A stretch of 64,000 bases of DNA from Ilumatobacteraceae bacterium (GTDB lineage: Bacteria > Actinomycetota > Acidimicrobiia > Acidimicrobiales > Ilumatobacteraceae), in contig JBIILS010000001.1 in the NCBI GenBank assembly GCA_044232585.1, positions 6,880 to 70,879 of the forward strand, written 5' to 3'. Positions 51,411-59,967 of this stretch are shown here, one piece after another. The translations under genes and the position numbers were made by a program. Below the pieces are notes generated by a model that saw only the letters and a program-made list of their open reading frames with translations, searched no databases and was not told where the DNA came from. How positions within the stretch are numbered: the first letter of the stretch is position 1; the number at the start of each line of letters is the position of its first letter.

Positions 51411-52487
51411 TTAGACCGCTGGAAAAGGAACCTTGGCTGGGTCAATTCCTGGAGCAACAGGTGCCAAGGAGTTCTTCCAAGCCAATTCAACCCAGGTACG
51501 GCCTGGAGTCAGACGAACGTATTGGTTGTTCGCATCGATAAGGGTGAACGGAACTTTGGCATTTCCACGCAACCAAGTGATGGGGATGATTCCACCGTCA
51601 GTCAAAACGAAGCCAGTGCCCTTGCCGGTAGTGAGAGCGTTCGGGCTCTTGCGATCTGCCTTGCTTCGAACGTATGTGACGTAGAGCACCACAACGTTCT
51701 TTGTATTGATTTGTCCGTCGTCTGCCATGTGCGGCTCGAGCACACGCTTTGTGTTCTCGCTGCTGCGCAAGAAGTTTCCAGATGCTGCATCCCATTTCCA
51801 GTAGACGCGCACGTTGTACATCGAAACCTTTGCGCCATCAATTGCAGTTGAGGTTGACGGCTTTGCATCACTGTCTGAACGGAACAGGAACTGAGGTTTT
51901 GGAGCTACTGCGCCGGCAGGTGCAAGGGTCCACAGATTAGAAGTCTTTGCATACAAGTTGTGTGGCGCCTTCATGGTCTTTTCGCGGTAGTAACCGCCCT
52001 TGCCACGAGATGCGCTGTAACCAACATTGACCATGTCACTGGCATTAACTACTTTGGTCACGCGATAGTTACCACCACTCCATGCGAACAACGGTTGGCT
52101 GAATGACTTCAGAATGTCAATGTCTTGTGTACGGCCACTACGAATTGGCCCAACGGGATCACTGCCTTGGCTGTGGAATACCGCTGCGAAACGAGTGAGC
52201 GACTCCACATTTTCTTCGAACACGATGTCAGCCTTATTGAGACCAGTTTGTGGACGAGATGCAGGGTGGTTGTCAATCTTTACTGCCAAGGCAACACGCG
52301 ATGCAGCAGCTTGATCAGTGATGGGAAGGCCGGTGAGTGGGTACCCCGGAACTGGAGGCGTTGTGGTTAACGGGTCAACCCACGCGGTTGTATCGGAACT
52401 TGATCCGCCGCCACCACAGGCAGCAAGAATGGATACCAATACGGTTGCGACCGTTAGACGAACAAGAGTGCGGTGTGATTTCAACAT
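51411..52487 (-). CDS. DUF3048-domain lipoprotein
   Basis: The start was trimmed to MLKSHRTLVRLTVATVLVSILAACGGGG (signal peptide plus lipobox LAAC). PLTGLP..., ALAVKIDNHPASRPQTGLNKADIVFEE..., GPIRSGR match DUF3048. The track start at 52754 runs through the upstream gene. Confidence 0.78.
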   Translation of the reverse strand: MLKSHRTLVRLTVATVLVSILAACGGGGSSSDTTAWVDPLTTTPPVPGYPLTGLPITDQAAASRVALAVKIDNHPASRPQTGLNKADIVFEENVESLTRFAAVFHSQGSDPVGPIRSGRTQDIDILKSFSQPLFAWSGGNYRVTKVVNASDMVNVGYSASRGKGGYYREKTMKAPHNLYAKTSNLWTLAPAGAVAPKPQFLFRSDSDAKPSTSTAIDGAKVSMYNVRVYWKWDAASGNFLRSSENTKRVLEPHMADDGQINTKNVVVLYVTYVRSKADRKSPNALTTGKGTGFVLTDGGIIPITWLRGNAKVPFTLIDANNQYVRLTPGRTWVELAWKNSLAPVAPGIDPAKVPFPAV

Positions 52488-52488
52488 G

Positions 52489-53337
52489 TCAGATCTCCTT
52501 GAGAACAGCAATACGGTCAGCCAGTGGCGGACGCGCAAAACCCATAGTAGACATACCAACCGACGCATTTCTGGCATCCCCTGCTGAATCGGGAGTTGCA
52601 AACCACAACGGTTGAGCACCAATGCGCCCCAGAGGAATTGCAGCTGCTTGTTCAACGATTTCCAAAGCAGACACCATGGCTGGTGGGTAACGCGTTGCCT
52701 GGCAGGCAGCCACGTCGGCCCACATAACGATTCGTTCGTCAGCAACACGCTCAATCACTGATTGCATGATTCTCTGCCCACCAAAACGTTGCATCGCTGT
52801 TGACAGCGCCAACATGTAGGTCGTGAGACCGATGTCACCAGTACGAAGGCGCCACATCACATGCGCCATCACCGCTTCCATTTCGACGCGACCCATTGAC
52901 TTCAGAAATCCTGCAGAAACAACAATCGTTCCGGCTTCCCCAGGCATGCCAACCGCAAGGGCAACCGGGTATTCAATACCGACTACTCGCAATGCTGGTC
53001 GAGCATCGCCTCCGACAACACACAGTCCATCAATGACATTGAACAGACGAGCATGTTCATATTCAGATGCGGGCAAGCCGCCCACCATCTTGAGAACAAC
53101 ATCGTTAGCAGTGCGATACACATTCCACATATAGCCACCGGAAACAGCAGCTCCGATTAGTGCAGCGATGATGGGTAATCCGACCAACAGCCCAACTACA
53201 AGAAAAATGATTGTGACGACAAGCGTGAAGGTCACGGGAAAAGCAAGCATCCGGCGAGTCATTAACTGACGTGAGTCCTCGATGGGAATCCATTGACGTT
53301 GATTCATATGTCCTTTCATAGAGTTGACAACTGTCAA
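52489..53337 (-). CDS. M48 (HtpX-like) family membrane protein with a degenerate active site
   Basis: 282 aa. Transmembrane helices near the N-terminus and HtpX-like blocks (AVGMPGEAGTIVVSAGFLKSMGRVEMEAVMAHVMWRL, PPLADRIAVLKEI). HVMWR sits where HEXXH is expected. Confidence 0.55.
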   Translation of the reverse strand: MTVVNSMKGHMNQRQWIPIEDSRQLMTRRMLAFPVTFTLVVTIIFLVVGLLVGLPIIAALIGAAVSGGYMWNVYRTANDVVLKMVGGLPASEYEHARLFNVIDGLCVVGGDARPALRVVGIEYPVALAVGMPGEAGTIVVSAGFLKSMGRVEMEAVMAHVMWRLRTGDIGLTTYMLALSTAMQRFGGQRIMQSVIERVADERIVMWADVAACQATRYPPAMVSALEIVEQAAAIPLGRIGAQPLWFATPDSAGDARNASVGMSTMGFARPPLADRIAVLKEI

Positions 53338-53340
53338 CTC

Positions 53341-54507
53341 TTATCGCCCGTCACCAAGGTGTGATCGCCGCAAGAAACGATCTTCGAACCGTTTCAGCAT
53401 ACGAGGCACCTTAATCGTGGTGATGTTTGTTGCTTCCATGTGTAATGCACGTTCGTACATCTCGATATACCGATCAGCGAGGGTGTCCATTGAGAAGCGC
53501 TGCGCATGCTCACGCCCGTTTGCCGTCAGCCGCGCAGCCAATCGTGAGTCAACAAGTACGCGGGCAAGTGCCGAAGCCAGGCTTGCAACATTTCCTGTTT
53601 CGACCAGTAGTGCAGTCTCATCGTCAGTTGCCACGTTGCGATACCCATCAAGATTGCTTGCAACTACCGGAGTTCCAGCGGCCATTGCCTCAAGAAGTAC
53701 AACTCCGAATGATTCACCGTGTAGAGACGGAGCGCAGAAAACCGATGCTCGACTCATGCGACTTATCTTTTCCGCATCAGAAATTCGACCAAGCCATTCA
53801 ATGCGTGAGTCAGAAGCAAATCGTGTCTTTAGTTCTGCAGTCTGCGGCCCATCTGATGCAATCCATAAACGCACATCAGGTGGAAGTTTCGAAAGTGCCT
53901 CAAGCAAAATGCTGAGTCCTTTTCTTTCTTCATGGCGACCGATGAAGAAAATTGCGTTCTCTCGTGGAGTTGTTGACTGCGCCGAGTAGTCACCTAATTC
54001 AATTCCATTGAATAACACTTCATAGTCACCACCGATATAGCGCTGTGCTAGTTCAACAGCATCTTTCGATACGGCAACACGAATATCAATGCGCGAAGCC
54101 ACCCATTTCAATTGACGAGAGAATGTGCGGTACGCAGCTGACTCCCCTGCTGAATGAAAAGTGGCAACTACCGGTGCCATCTTTACAAGCAATGCAGTCA
54201 ACGACGGGCCCGGAACTAACGGTTCGTGAACATGCACGACATCGAACGCTTCATCATTCAGTGCGCGAATGGTGCGCAACGCAGCTGACGCATCGGGGGC
54301 AAGCGGCGCAATAGAACCATTCACCGCAGTGGGAAGACTGTTACCAAGCGGGGTGACAAACGCATCAGGCGGGGGGCCGTCACATGGGCCAAGCACCCTG
54401 ACCTCATGTCCCTTTGCACGCAAACTTCGCGCCAAACCAAGGACTTGCTGCTGAACACCCCCAGGAATTGTGAGGCTGTACGGGCTCACTATTCCAATTC
54501 TCAACAT
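53341..54507 (-). CDS. pimA: GT4 glycosyltransferase, phosphatidyl-myo-inositol mannosyltransferase PimA-like
   Basis: 388 aa. MLRIGIVSPYSLTIPGGVQQQVLGLARSLRAKGHEVRVLGP and ESFGVVLLEAMAAGTPVVAS. Confidence 0.85.
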   Translation of the reverse strand: MLRIGIVSPYSLTIPGGVQQQVLGLARSLRAKGHEVRVLGPCDGPPPDAFVTPLGNSLPTAVNGSIAPLAPDASAALRTIRALNDEAFDVVHVHEPLVPGPSLTALLVKMAPVVATFHSAGESAAYRTFSRQLKWVASRIDIRVAVSKDAVELAQRYIGGDYEVLFNGIELGDYSAQSTTPRENAIFFIGRHEERKGLSILLEALSKLPPDVRLWIASDGPQTAELKTRFASDSRIEWLGRISDAEKISRMSRASVFCAPSLHGESFGVVLLEAMAAGTPVVASNLDGYRNVATDDETALLVETGNVASLASALARVLVDSRLAARLTANGREHAQRFSMDTLADRYIEMYERALHMEATNITTIKVPRMLKRFEDRFLRRSHLGDGR

Positions 54508-54525
54508 GCAGGCTAGGTTACGGGA

Positions 54526-55440
54526 ATGCTTAAGGTAGATGCTTCTTTCCGTCCCGCCCTCTCAATCGTGGCCTCGCCCACCAAGAGACGAGCCATCCTA
54601 GAACTCGCTGTAGAGGCTGAGAACAAGGGAATCTCGGGCCTTGCCTGCCCGAGTCTTGGCGGAACCATGGGTTTGTGTGTCTCACTTGCTCATGTCACAT
54701 CGCGCATCAATTATTGGACATCGATTCAGCCGATTTACTACAGCCACCCTGTTGAAATGGCAAACACTGCTTCACACATCAATGAAATGTCAGACGGACG
54801 TTTTCGCCTCGGACTTGGTGTGAGTCACGGGCCAGTAACAGATCGCCTAGGCGTAGAACCAGGCAAGCCCCTAGCTGACACAGCCTCTTACGTTGCAGCT
54901 ATGCGTGCAAACGAACGCTTCGGCGGGCAATTGCCTCCGATATATCTCGCAACTCTTCGCAACAAGATGCTGCAACTGTCGACAGAAATTTCAGAGGGCG
55001 CCATCTGGGCAAATGCTTCCCTCAGTCACATGTCGAAACAGCTTTCAGAAGTTCCGAATGCAGTTCGTGATGACTTCTTTTTGGCAAACATGATTCCGAC
55101 AGTGATTGACGACGATGTCGAAGCCGCTCGTGCTGTGAACCGTCGCACACTCACTGGATACGTTTCGCTTCCTAATTATCGCAACTACTGGCGTGCAGCC
55201 GGATACGTCGAAGAGATGGATGCGATTGAAGCCGCAATCGAAGCTGGCAACAAAGACGTTCTCCCGTCGCTCATGAGTGACAAATGGCTAGACGACAACA
55301 CAATCAGTGGATCTGCATCTCATGTCCGTGCTCGTTTCGAAGAATGGGCACATACAGGCGTTACCCCTATTGCAGTGATGTCTTCAACTACAGGTGGACA
55401 AGTAAAAGCCATCAACCAGTTGTTCGACGTTTATAACTGA
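54526..55440 (+). CDS. LLM-class (luciferase-like) flavin/F420-dependent oxidoreductase
   Basis: 304 aa. TIM-barrel LLM pattern (GRFRLGLGVSHGPV...). Confidence 0.72.
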   Translation: MLKVDASFRPALSIVASPTKRRAILELAVEAENKGISGLACPSLGGTMGLCVSLAHVTSRINYWTSIQPIYYSHPVEMANTASHINEMSDGRFRLGLGVSHGPVTDRLGVEPGKPLADTASYVAAMRANERFGGQLPPIYLATLRNKMLQLSTEISEGAIWANASLSHMSKQLSEVPNAVRDDFFLANMIPTVIDDDVEAARAVNRRTLTGYVSLPNYRNYWRAAGYVEEMDAIEAAIEAGNKDVLPSLMSDKWLDDNTISGSASHVRARFEEWAHTGVTPIAVMSSTTGGQVKAINQLFDVYN

Positions 55441-55817
55441 GCCAACAAATCACTGACGTGAGCCTTTATCTCGTCACGAATGCGCCGAACATCTTCAAGT
55501 GACTTCCCTTTCGGGTCGTCAAGTGGCCAGTCGATATAACGCTTCCCCGGAATGTACGGGCACGTATCGCCACAGCCCATAGTGACCACAACATCAACTG
55601 CATTCAATAAATCATCATTGAATTTCTGTGGCACATAGGTCGAAATATCGATGCCGACTTCATTCATGACATCAACTGCAACTGGGTTGACTGATTCTGC
55701 CGGCTCTGAACCGCCCGACAAAATCAAGACGTCACCGTTGGAAAGTTCGCGAGCAAATCCGGCTGCCATTTGTGATCGTCCAGCGTTATGAATACAAAGA
55801 AACAGAATGCCACTCAT
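55431..55817 (-). CDS. arsC: arsenate reductase, low-molecular-weight phosphatase family
   Basis: The start was trimmed to MSGILFLCIHNAGRSQMA (CX5R P-loop). Downstream Cys pair GCGDTCP. The start abuts the stop of the MIP gene. Confidence 0.85.
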   Translation of the reverse strand: MSGILFLCIHNAGRSQMAAGFARELSNGDVLILSGGSEPAESVNPVAVDVMNEVGIDISTYVPQKFNDDLLNAVDVVVTMGCGDTCPYIPGKRYIDWPLDDPKGKSLEDVRRIRDEIKAHVSDLLAQL

Positions 55818-56473
55818 GACGATGCTGCTTTGTCTGCCCACAATGTTTTGATAATCAGCAAACCAATCAACCCGCCGAGTATTTGCATCACCGCAAACAT
55901 TGGCATTGACTCTGGCGCAATACCTGCAAAAGAATCAGAGAACATTCGACCAATGCCCACTGCTGGGTTAGCAACACTGGTTGAAGAAGTGAACCAGTAC
56001 GCCCCGGTAATCCAAGCAGCAACAAGAACTGCGACATTTGCGCCAGCTCTTTTTCCGCCCCAGATAACTAGCAACAAACCGACTGTCGCAACGACTTCAG
56101 AAAACCATGTTGGTCCACCAGTTCGCACTTTCGTCGATATCTCTATGAACGGGTGCGCGAACATTATGTTTGCAATAACGCACCCCACGATTGCCCCAGA
56201 AATTTGTGCGACAACATCAGTAACAAGAACAGAAACTGAAGACTCTCGATCAACGAAGTACCCAACCAAGGACACAACTGGATTGAACGACGCGCCGGAA
56301 AGTGGACCAAAAATTGTGATGAGACCAAGCAACGCTCCGCCCGTTGCGATTGCATTAGCCAAAAGTTGCAGGGCCACATCTTTTGTGAGGTTCTGAGCCA
56401 TGATGCCCGAGCCGACAACTGCCATTACTAGTAGAGCAGTGCCCAGAAACTCAGACAGAGCACGACGATGCAT
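55814..56473 (-). CDS. MIP-family channel (aquaglyceroporin-like, probable arsenite channel)
   Basis: The start was trimmed to MHRRALSEFLGTALL, in a TGATG overlap with the arsI stop. Six hydrophobic segments. First box SGASFNPVVS (NPV), second box SVANPAVGIGR (NPA). Confidence 0.85.
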   Translation of the reverse strand: MHRRALSEFLGTALLVMAVVGSGIMAQNLTKDVALQLLANAIATGGALLGLITIFGPLSGASFNPVVSLVGYFVDRESSVSVLVTDVVAQISGAIVGCVIANIMFAHPFIEISTKVRTGGPTWFSEVVATVGLLLVIWGGKRAGANVAVLVAAWITGAYWFTSSTSVANPAVGIGRMFSDSFAGIAPESMPMFAVMQILGGLIGLLIIKTLWADKAASS

Positions 56474-56916
56474 CAGCAACCCTCTGGCCCGCAACAACTA
56501 CCTGTTGAAGGCACTCCGAGCATGATCGGCATCACCTTCAACGAAGAGTCCGTGGGGGCATCAGCGAGAACTGTGTACCACTCCCATGGCAACTCGCCGC
56601 CTTTGATCCACACTTTGTCTTGGACTGCAAAGCAGCAGGTTTCACTTTCCTGAACCTCGATAGGCATTCCCATAGCCACAGCAGATTCAATTTTTGCTGC
56701 AACCTGTTCTGTGTCTTCTACTTCAACGCCAACATGGTTCAGTGTGCCTGGCTCTCCATGACCTTCGATAAGAACAAGTTTGAGAGGCGGTTCGGCAATA
56801 GCAAAGTTGGCATACCCTTCGCGAACTTTGGCTGGGCCTACACCAAACATCTTGGTGTAGAACACGATTGCATCATTGAGATTGCCCACGTTTAGCGCAA
56901 GTTGTACTCGTGACAT
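56473..56916 (-). CDS. arsI: ArsI-like glyoxalase/dioxygenase (C-As lyase family)
   Basis: 147 aa. MSRVQLALNVGNLNDAIVFYTKMFG, LNHVGVEV, vicinal Cys in ETCCFAVQDKVW, and a Cys-rich C-terminus GSCCGPEGC. Confidence 0.78.
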   Translation of the reverse strand: MSRVQLALNVGNLNDAIVFYTKMFGVGPAKVREGYANFAIAEPPLKLVLIEGHGEPGTLNHVGVEVEDTEQVAAKIESAVAMGMPIEVQESETCCFAVQDKVWIKGGELPWEWYTVLADAPTDSSLKVMPIMLGVPSTGSCCGPEGC

Positions 56917-56946
56917 TTTTTCCTCTCATCAGAAATTTCCAGAATG

Positions 56947-56997
56947 GATACTTTGATACCTGTCAATATATCCCACATTGATGAGTATCGATGTATC
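56947..56997. promoter_or_regulatory. inverted repeat of doubled pentamers in the arsR / arsI divergent promoter region (candidate ArsR operator)
   Basis: GATACTTTGATAC (56947-56959) and GTATCGATGTATC (56985-56997) match at 11 of 13 positions as reverse complements, with a 25-nt spacer. The right arm overlaps the first arsR ATG. Confidence 0.35.
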
Positions 56998-57323
56998 ATT
57001 TGCTCATGACGAATGCCAAACCGATTCAGCTCGGCAAGGGGCCGCTTGCCGACAACGCAGCCGCTTCCCTGGCGCCCATGTTTGCCGCGCTGTCTGACCC
57101 CACACGTTTACGGCTCTTTGATTTGGTTCGTCGTGCAGGTCGAGATGGCATATGTTCGTGCGATGTAACGGAGCCGCTTGACCGAAGCCAACCCACAATT
57201 AGCCACCACCTAAAAGTGTTGCGTGAGGCCGGACTTGTTGAATCTCGTCGTGACGGAACATGGATCTGGTATTCCGTCGCCCCACATGCGCTTGATGCCG
57301 TGTCTCAGTTCATTCAGCGATAG
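56991..57323 (+). CDS. arsR: ArsR/SmtB-family metalloregulator
   Basis: 110 aa. LSDPTRLRLFDLV, metal-site-like ICSCDV, helix-turn-helix QPTISHHLKVLREAGLV. An alternative start is the ATG at 57006. Confidence 0.85.
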   Translation: MYHLLMTNAKPIQLGKGPLADNAAASLAPMFAALSDPTRLRLFDLVRRAGRDGICSCDVTEPLDRSQPTISHHLKVLREAGLVESRRDGTWIWYSVAPHALDAVSQFIQR

Positions 57324-58245
57324 TGCGGGCACGCATCTCTGCATACCCAGGATCGCTCGGCCAATTCGGCTGGAACAAATGCCACTGTTCAGGTGCGCGG
57401 CGAATGAGGCCTTCCAATTCGAGGGCGAGTGCCTGGGTACCGGCCGCTACTTGCTCTCGTAGGCCCCCTACCTTCTCAAAAACAAGGGGTGGACGAATAA
57501 CGCAATGATGACCATCAACTGCCGATGTGAAATACACAGCACCGGGTACGACAGCTGCCCCAGAACGAATACCTAACATCGCTGGACCAGCTGGCAACGT
57601 AGTGCGCTCGCCAAAGAAATCCACTTCAACGCCATTGCCTTGAATGTCACGATCAGACAACAAACACACAACTTCGTTTCGGCGCAATGCGGCAAGGACA
57701 GCTGGTGCAGCGCCAGGCCCGAGTGGCACAACATTCATGCCAAGGTCACTACGTAACTTTGTAAACCAGTCGAACAACTCTGGCGGTTCGAGTGGTTCCA
57801 CAATGACGGTCATGCGGTGCCCCATCTCTGCCATCCAACGTCCTGCCCATTCCCAACCACCAAGGTGCGGTAGAGCAACGATTGCCCCCTTACCAAGCTC
57901 TAATGCGGATTCGATGTAATGAAAACCATCATTAGAGAGCGACTTCAACACATGTTTGGCAGATAATGTCGGCAAGCGGAAACTCTCGGTGTAGTAACGC
58001 ATGTAACTGTCGAACGCTTGTTGCGATGCCCGATGCAACGCGAACCCAGTGAGCGAAGGGTCAACTCTTTGCAGATGGCGTTCAATCATGAAACGACGTT
58101 TACGTAACGACAATGCAACGCCAGGAGCAAGAAGCGAAACAGCACCTTGTGAAATAGGGGCCGGAGTTAAACGAGCAATTACCGAGCCGAGCCGATAGCC
58201 ACCCACTGTGAAGGCGTCAGCAAGTTCGTCGAATGGATTAGCCAT
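57310..58245 (-). CDS. lauroyl/myristoyl (HtrB-like) acyltransferase, phosphatidylinositol mannoside acyltransferase type
   Basis: The start was trimmed to MANPFDELADAF, since the track start at 58305 overlaps pgsA. LPHLGGWEWAG motif. It lies between pgsA and (ancestrally) pimA. Confidence 0.8.
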   Translation of the reverse strand: MANPFDELADAFTVGGYRLGSVIARLTPAPISQGAVSLLAPGVALSLRKRRFMIERHLQRVDPSLTGFALHRASQQAFDSYMRYYTESFRLPTLSAKHVLKSLSNDGFHYIESALELGKGAIVALPHLGGWEWAGRWMAEMGHRMTVIVEPLEPPELFDWFTKLRSDLGMNVVPLGPGAAPAVLAALRRNEVVCLLSDRDIQGNGVEVDFFGERTTLPAGPAMLGIRSGAAVVPGAVYFTSAVDGHHCVIRPPLVFEKVGGLREQVAAGTQALALELEGLIRRAPEQWHLFQPNWPSDPGYAEMRARTIAE

Positions 58246-58942
58246 TACGATTGCGGCGACGTTGGCGCGATTCAACCGACAACTGACGACGTGAAGTGCG
58301 GGCACTAATTCGCGTCATGCGACGTCCTTGGCGAACATCGCGTTTCTCTTGAGTAGTCGAAGACACTTCTGCCTGACGCCACACCTGGACGAACCGCTGA
58401 ACTGCCGTTATTACCGTAAGCACCAGCATGATCCACATGATCGGCACCAGCAATGAATCAAACAAAAGACCAATACAAAGCACCACGATGCGCTCAGCAC
58501 GTTCCATTAATCCACCCTTGGCATACAACCCGAGCGCTTCAGCTTTTGCTCGTTCGTATGAAATAAGCGACGACACGCCCATAATCGCCATCGGTAGCAA
58601 AACAAGGTGAGGGTCTTTCTCCGATGCGAAATACCAAGCAACGCCACCAAAGAGGACAGAGTCAGTCACTCTGTCCACAACAGAATCAAAGAAAGCACCA
58701 CGCTGACTTGATGTTCCAGACGCCTTTGCTAACGCCCCGTCAAGCATGTCGGGAACTGCGGCCAAGATGACCAACACAAGTCCGCCACGAAGGGCGCCGT
58801 TGCCGATTGCGAACGAAGCAACTACAGCAAAAGCGATTCCGAGAATGGTGAGGTGATCAGGTGACATACCTGTTTTTCTCAACAACTGACCAATCGGGCG
58901 CACAGCCTTCTCAATTGGTGCGCGAAAACGCCCGTCAAACAT
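58238..58942 (-). CDS. pgsA: CDP-alcohol phosphatidyltransferase (phosphatidylinositol phosphate synthase-like)
   Basis: 234 aa. DMLDGALAKASGTSSQRGAFFDSVVDRVTD matches D(x)2DG(x)2AR...G(x)3D(x)3D. Confidence 0.85.
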   Translation of the reverse strand: MFDGRFRAPIEKAVRPIGQLLRKTGMSPDHLTILGIAFAVVASFAIGNGALRGGLVLVILAAVPDMLDGALAKASGTSSQRGAFFDSVVDRVTDSVLFGGVAWYFASEKDPHLVLLPMAIMGVSSLISYERAKAEALGLYAKGGLMERAERIVVLCIGLLFDSLLVPIMWIMLVLTVITAVQRFVQVWRQAEVSSTTQEKRDVRQGRRMTRISARTSRRQLSVESRQRRRNRNG

Positions 58943-58951
58943 AGAGTGACG

Positions 58952-59458
58952 CTATCGCTCTTGAGTATCCGCGGATGGCATCTCCGCCTCAGGGTTCTTC
59001 TCCACCAAACATTCAACGACATGCCCATCAACAGCGTCAATCAGCACCAGGGCCTGCTGTAGTGGCGGTTCTTCCGTGCTGTAGCAAAAAATTCTCCATG
59101 TTGGCTTGCTGCGAATTCCGCGCCATACCTGCTGCGCTGACGCATGTCCAACTGCAAAACCTGCTGTACGAGTAGCAACCACTAGAGCCTCTGACTCGTT
59201 CATTGTCATTCGCCAACCACTAGAAATCGTAATGATGGACATCACAGCCAAAAGCACCGCAGCAAACAACAGCCCATTGTTGATCAACGCTGAATCATTG
59301 CTATCGGCAATTGACCACACAACAACGCAGAGCACCGCCAAGATTGCATACATCACTCCGGGAATGCGACGGCGGCTGTTATCGGGAAAATCATATGCGC
59401 CGACATGATCGACAGCATTCAGATCATCAGGCAGTTGGTCACGTAGTTCGTCGGTCAT
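58952..59458 (-). CDS. two-helix membrane protein (hypothetical)
   Basis: The start was trimmed to MTDELRDQ, in an ATGA overlap with the HIT gene stop. Two hydrophobic segments (IPGVMYAILAVLCVVVW, LLFAAVLLAVMSIITI). No family was recognised. Confidence 0.4.
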   Translation of the reverse strand: MTDELRDQLPDDLNAVDHVGAYDFPDNSRRRIPGVMYAILAVLCVVVWSIADSNDSALINNGLLFAAVLLAVMSIITISSGWRMTMNESEALVVATRTAGFAVGHASAQQVWRGIRSKPTWRIFCYSTEEPPLQQALVLIDAVDGHVVECLVEKNPEAEMPSADTQER

Positions 59459-59967
59459 TGTGTAGCTTTCGGCCATGCATCTCGAATTTTGGATGCGGTG
59501 AGAGGAAGTGGTTCTGGAATCGTACGAGTCGAGGCCACTGAAGTCATAAAGTTCGAATCGCCATTCCAACGCGGAACGATGTGAACGTGTAGATGCTGGG
59601 CAATACTGCCTCCTGCGGCAGCTCCGAGGTTGATACCGACATTCAATGCATCAGGTCGATGCGATGCCTTAATCGCAACGGTTGCTTCAGTAACAGTCGA
59701 CCAGAGATCTATACATTCTTCAGTTGAGAGATCTTCTAGATGTGCCACTTCACGGAATGGCAAAACAAGCACATGTCCAGATGCGTAGGGATATGCGTTC
59801 AAAATCGCGAAACTGAACTGAGAGCGATGCACAATAAAAGCGTCTTCGTCAGACAATCCTGATTCCAGAATGGAGGTAAACACTGAGTCCGACGAATTTG
59901 CTGAATTCGCATTCGCAGTGCCGATGTATTCGGCCCGCCATCCATTCCAGAGTTGCTCAAGAGACAT
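59455..59967 (-). CDS. HIT-family nucleotide hydrolase/phosphorylase
   Basis: 170 aa. Histidine triad HLHVHIVPR. Confidence 0.85.
   Translation of the reverse strand: MSLEQLWNGWRAEYIGTANANSANSSDSVFTSILESGLSDEDAFIVHRSQFSFAILNAYPYASGHVLVLPFREVAHLEDLSTEECIDLWSTVTEATVAIKASHRPDALNVGINLGAAAGGSIAQHLHVHIVPRWNGDSNFMTSVASTRTIPEPLPLTASKIRDAWPKATQ

Noticed and set aside
52488-52754. 89-aa N-terminal extension of the DUF3048 ORF in the track
   Set aside because: It overlaps the C-terminal coding region of the M48-like gene. A signal peptide with lipobox (MLKSHRTLVRLTVATVLVSILAAC) starts at 52487, right after that gene's stop.
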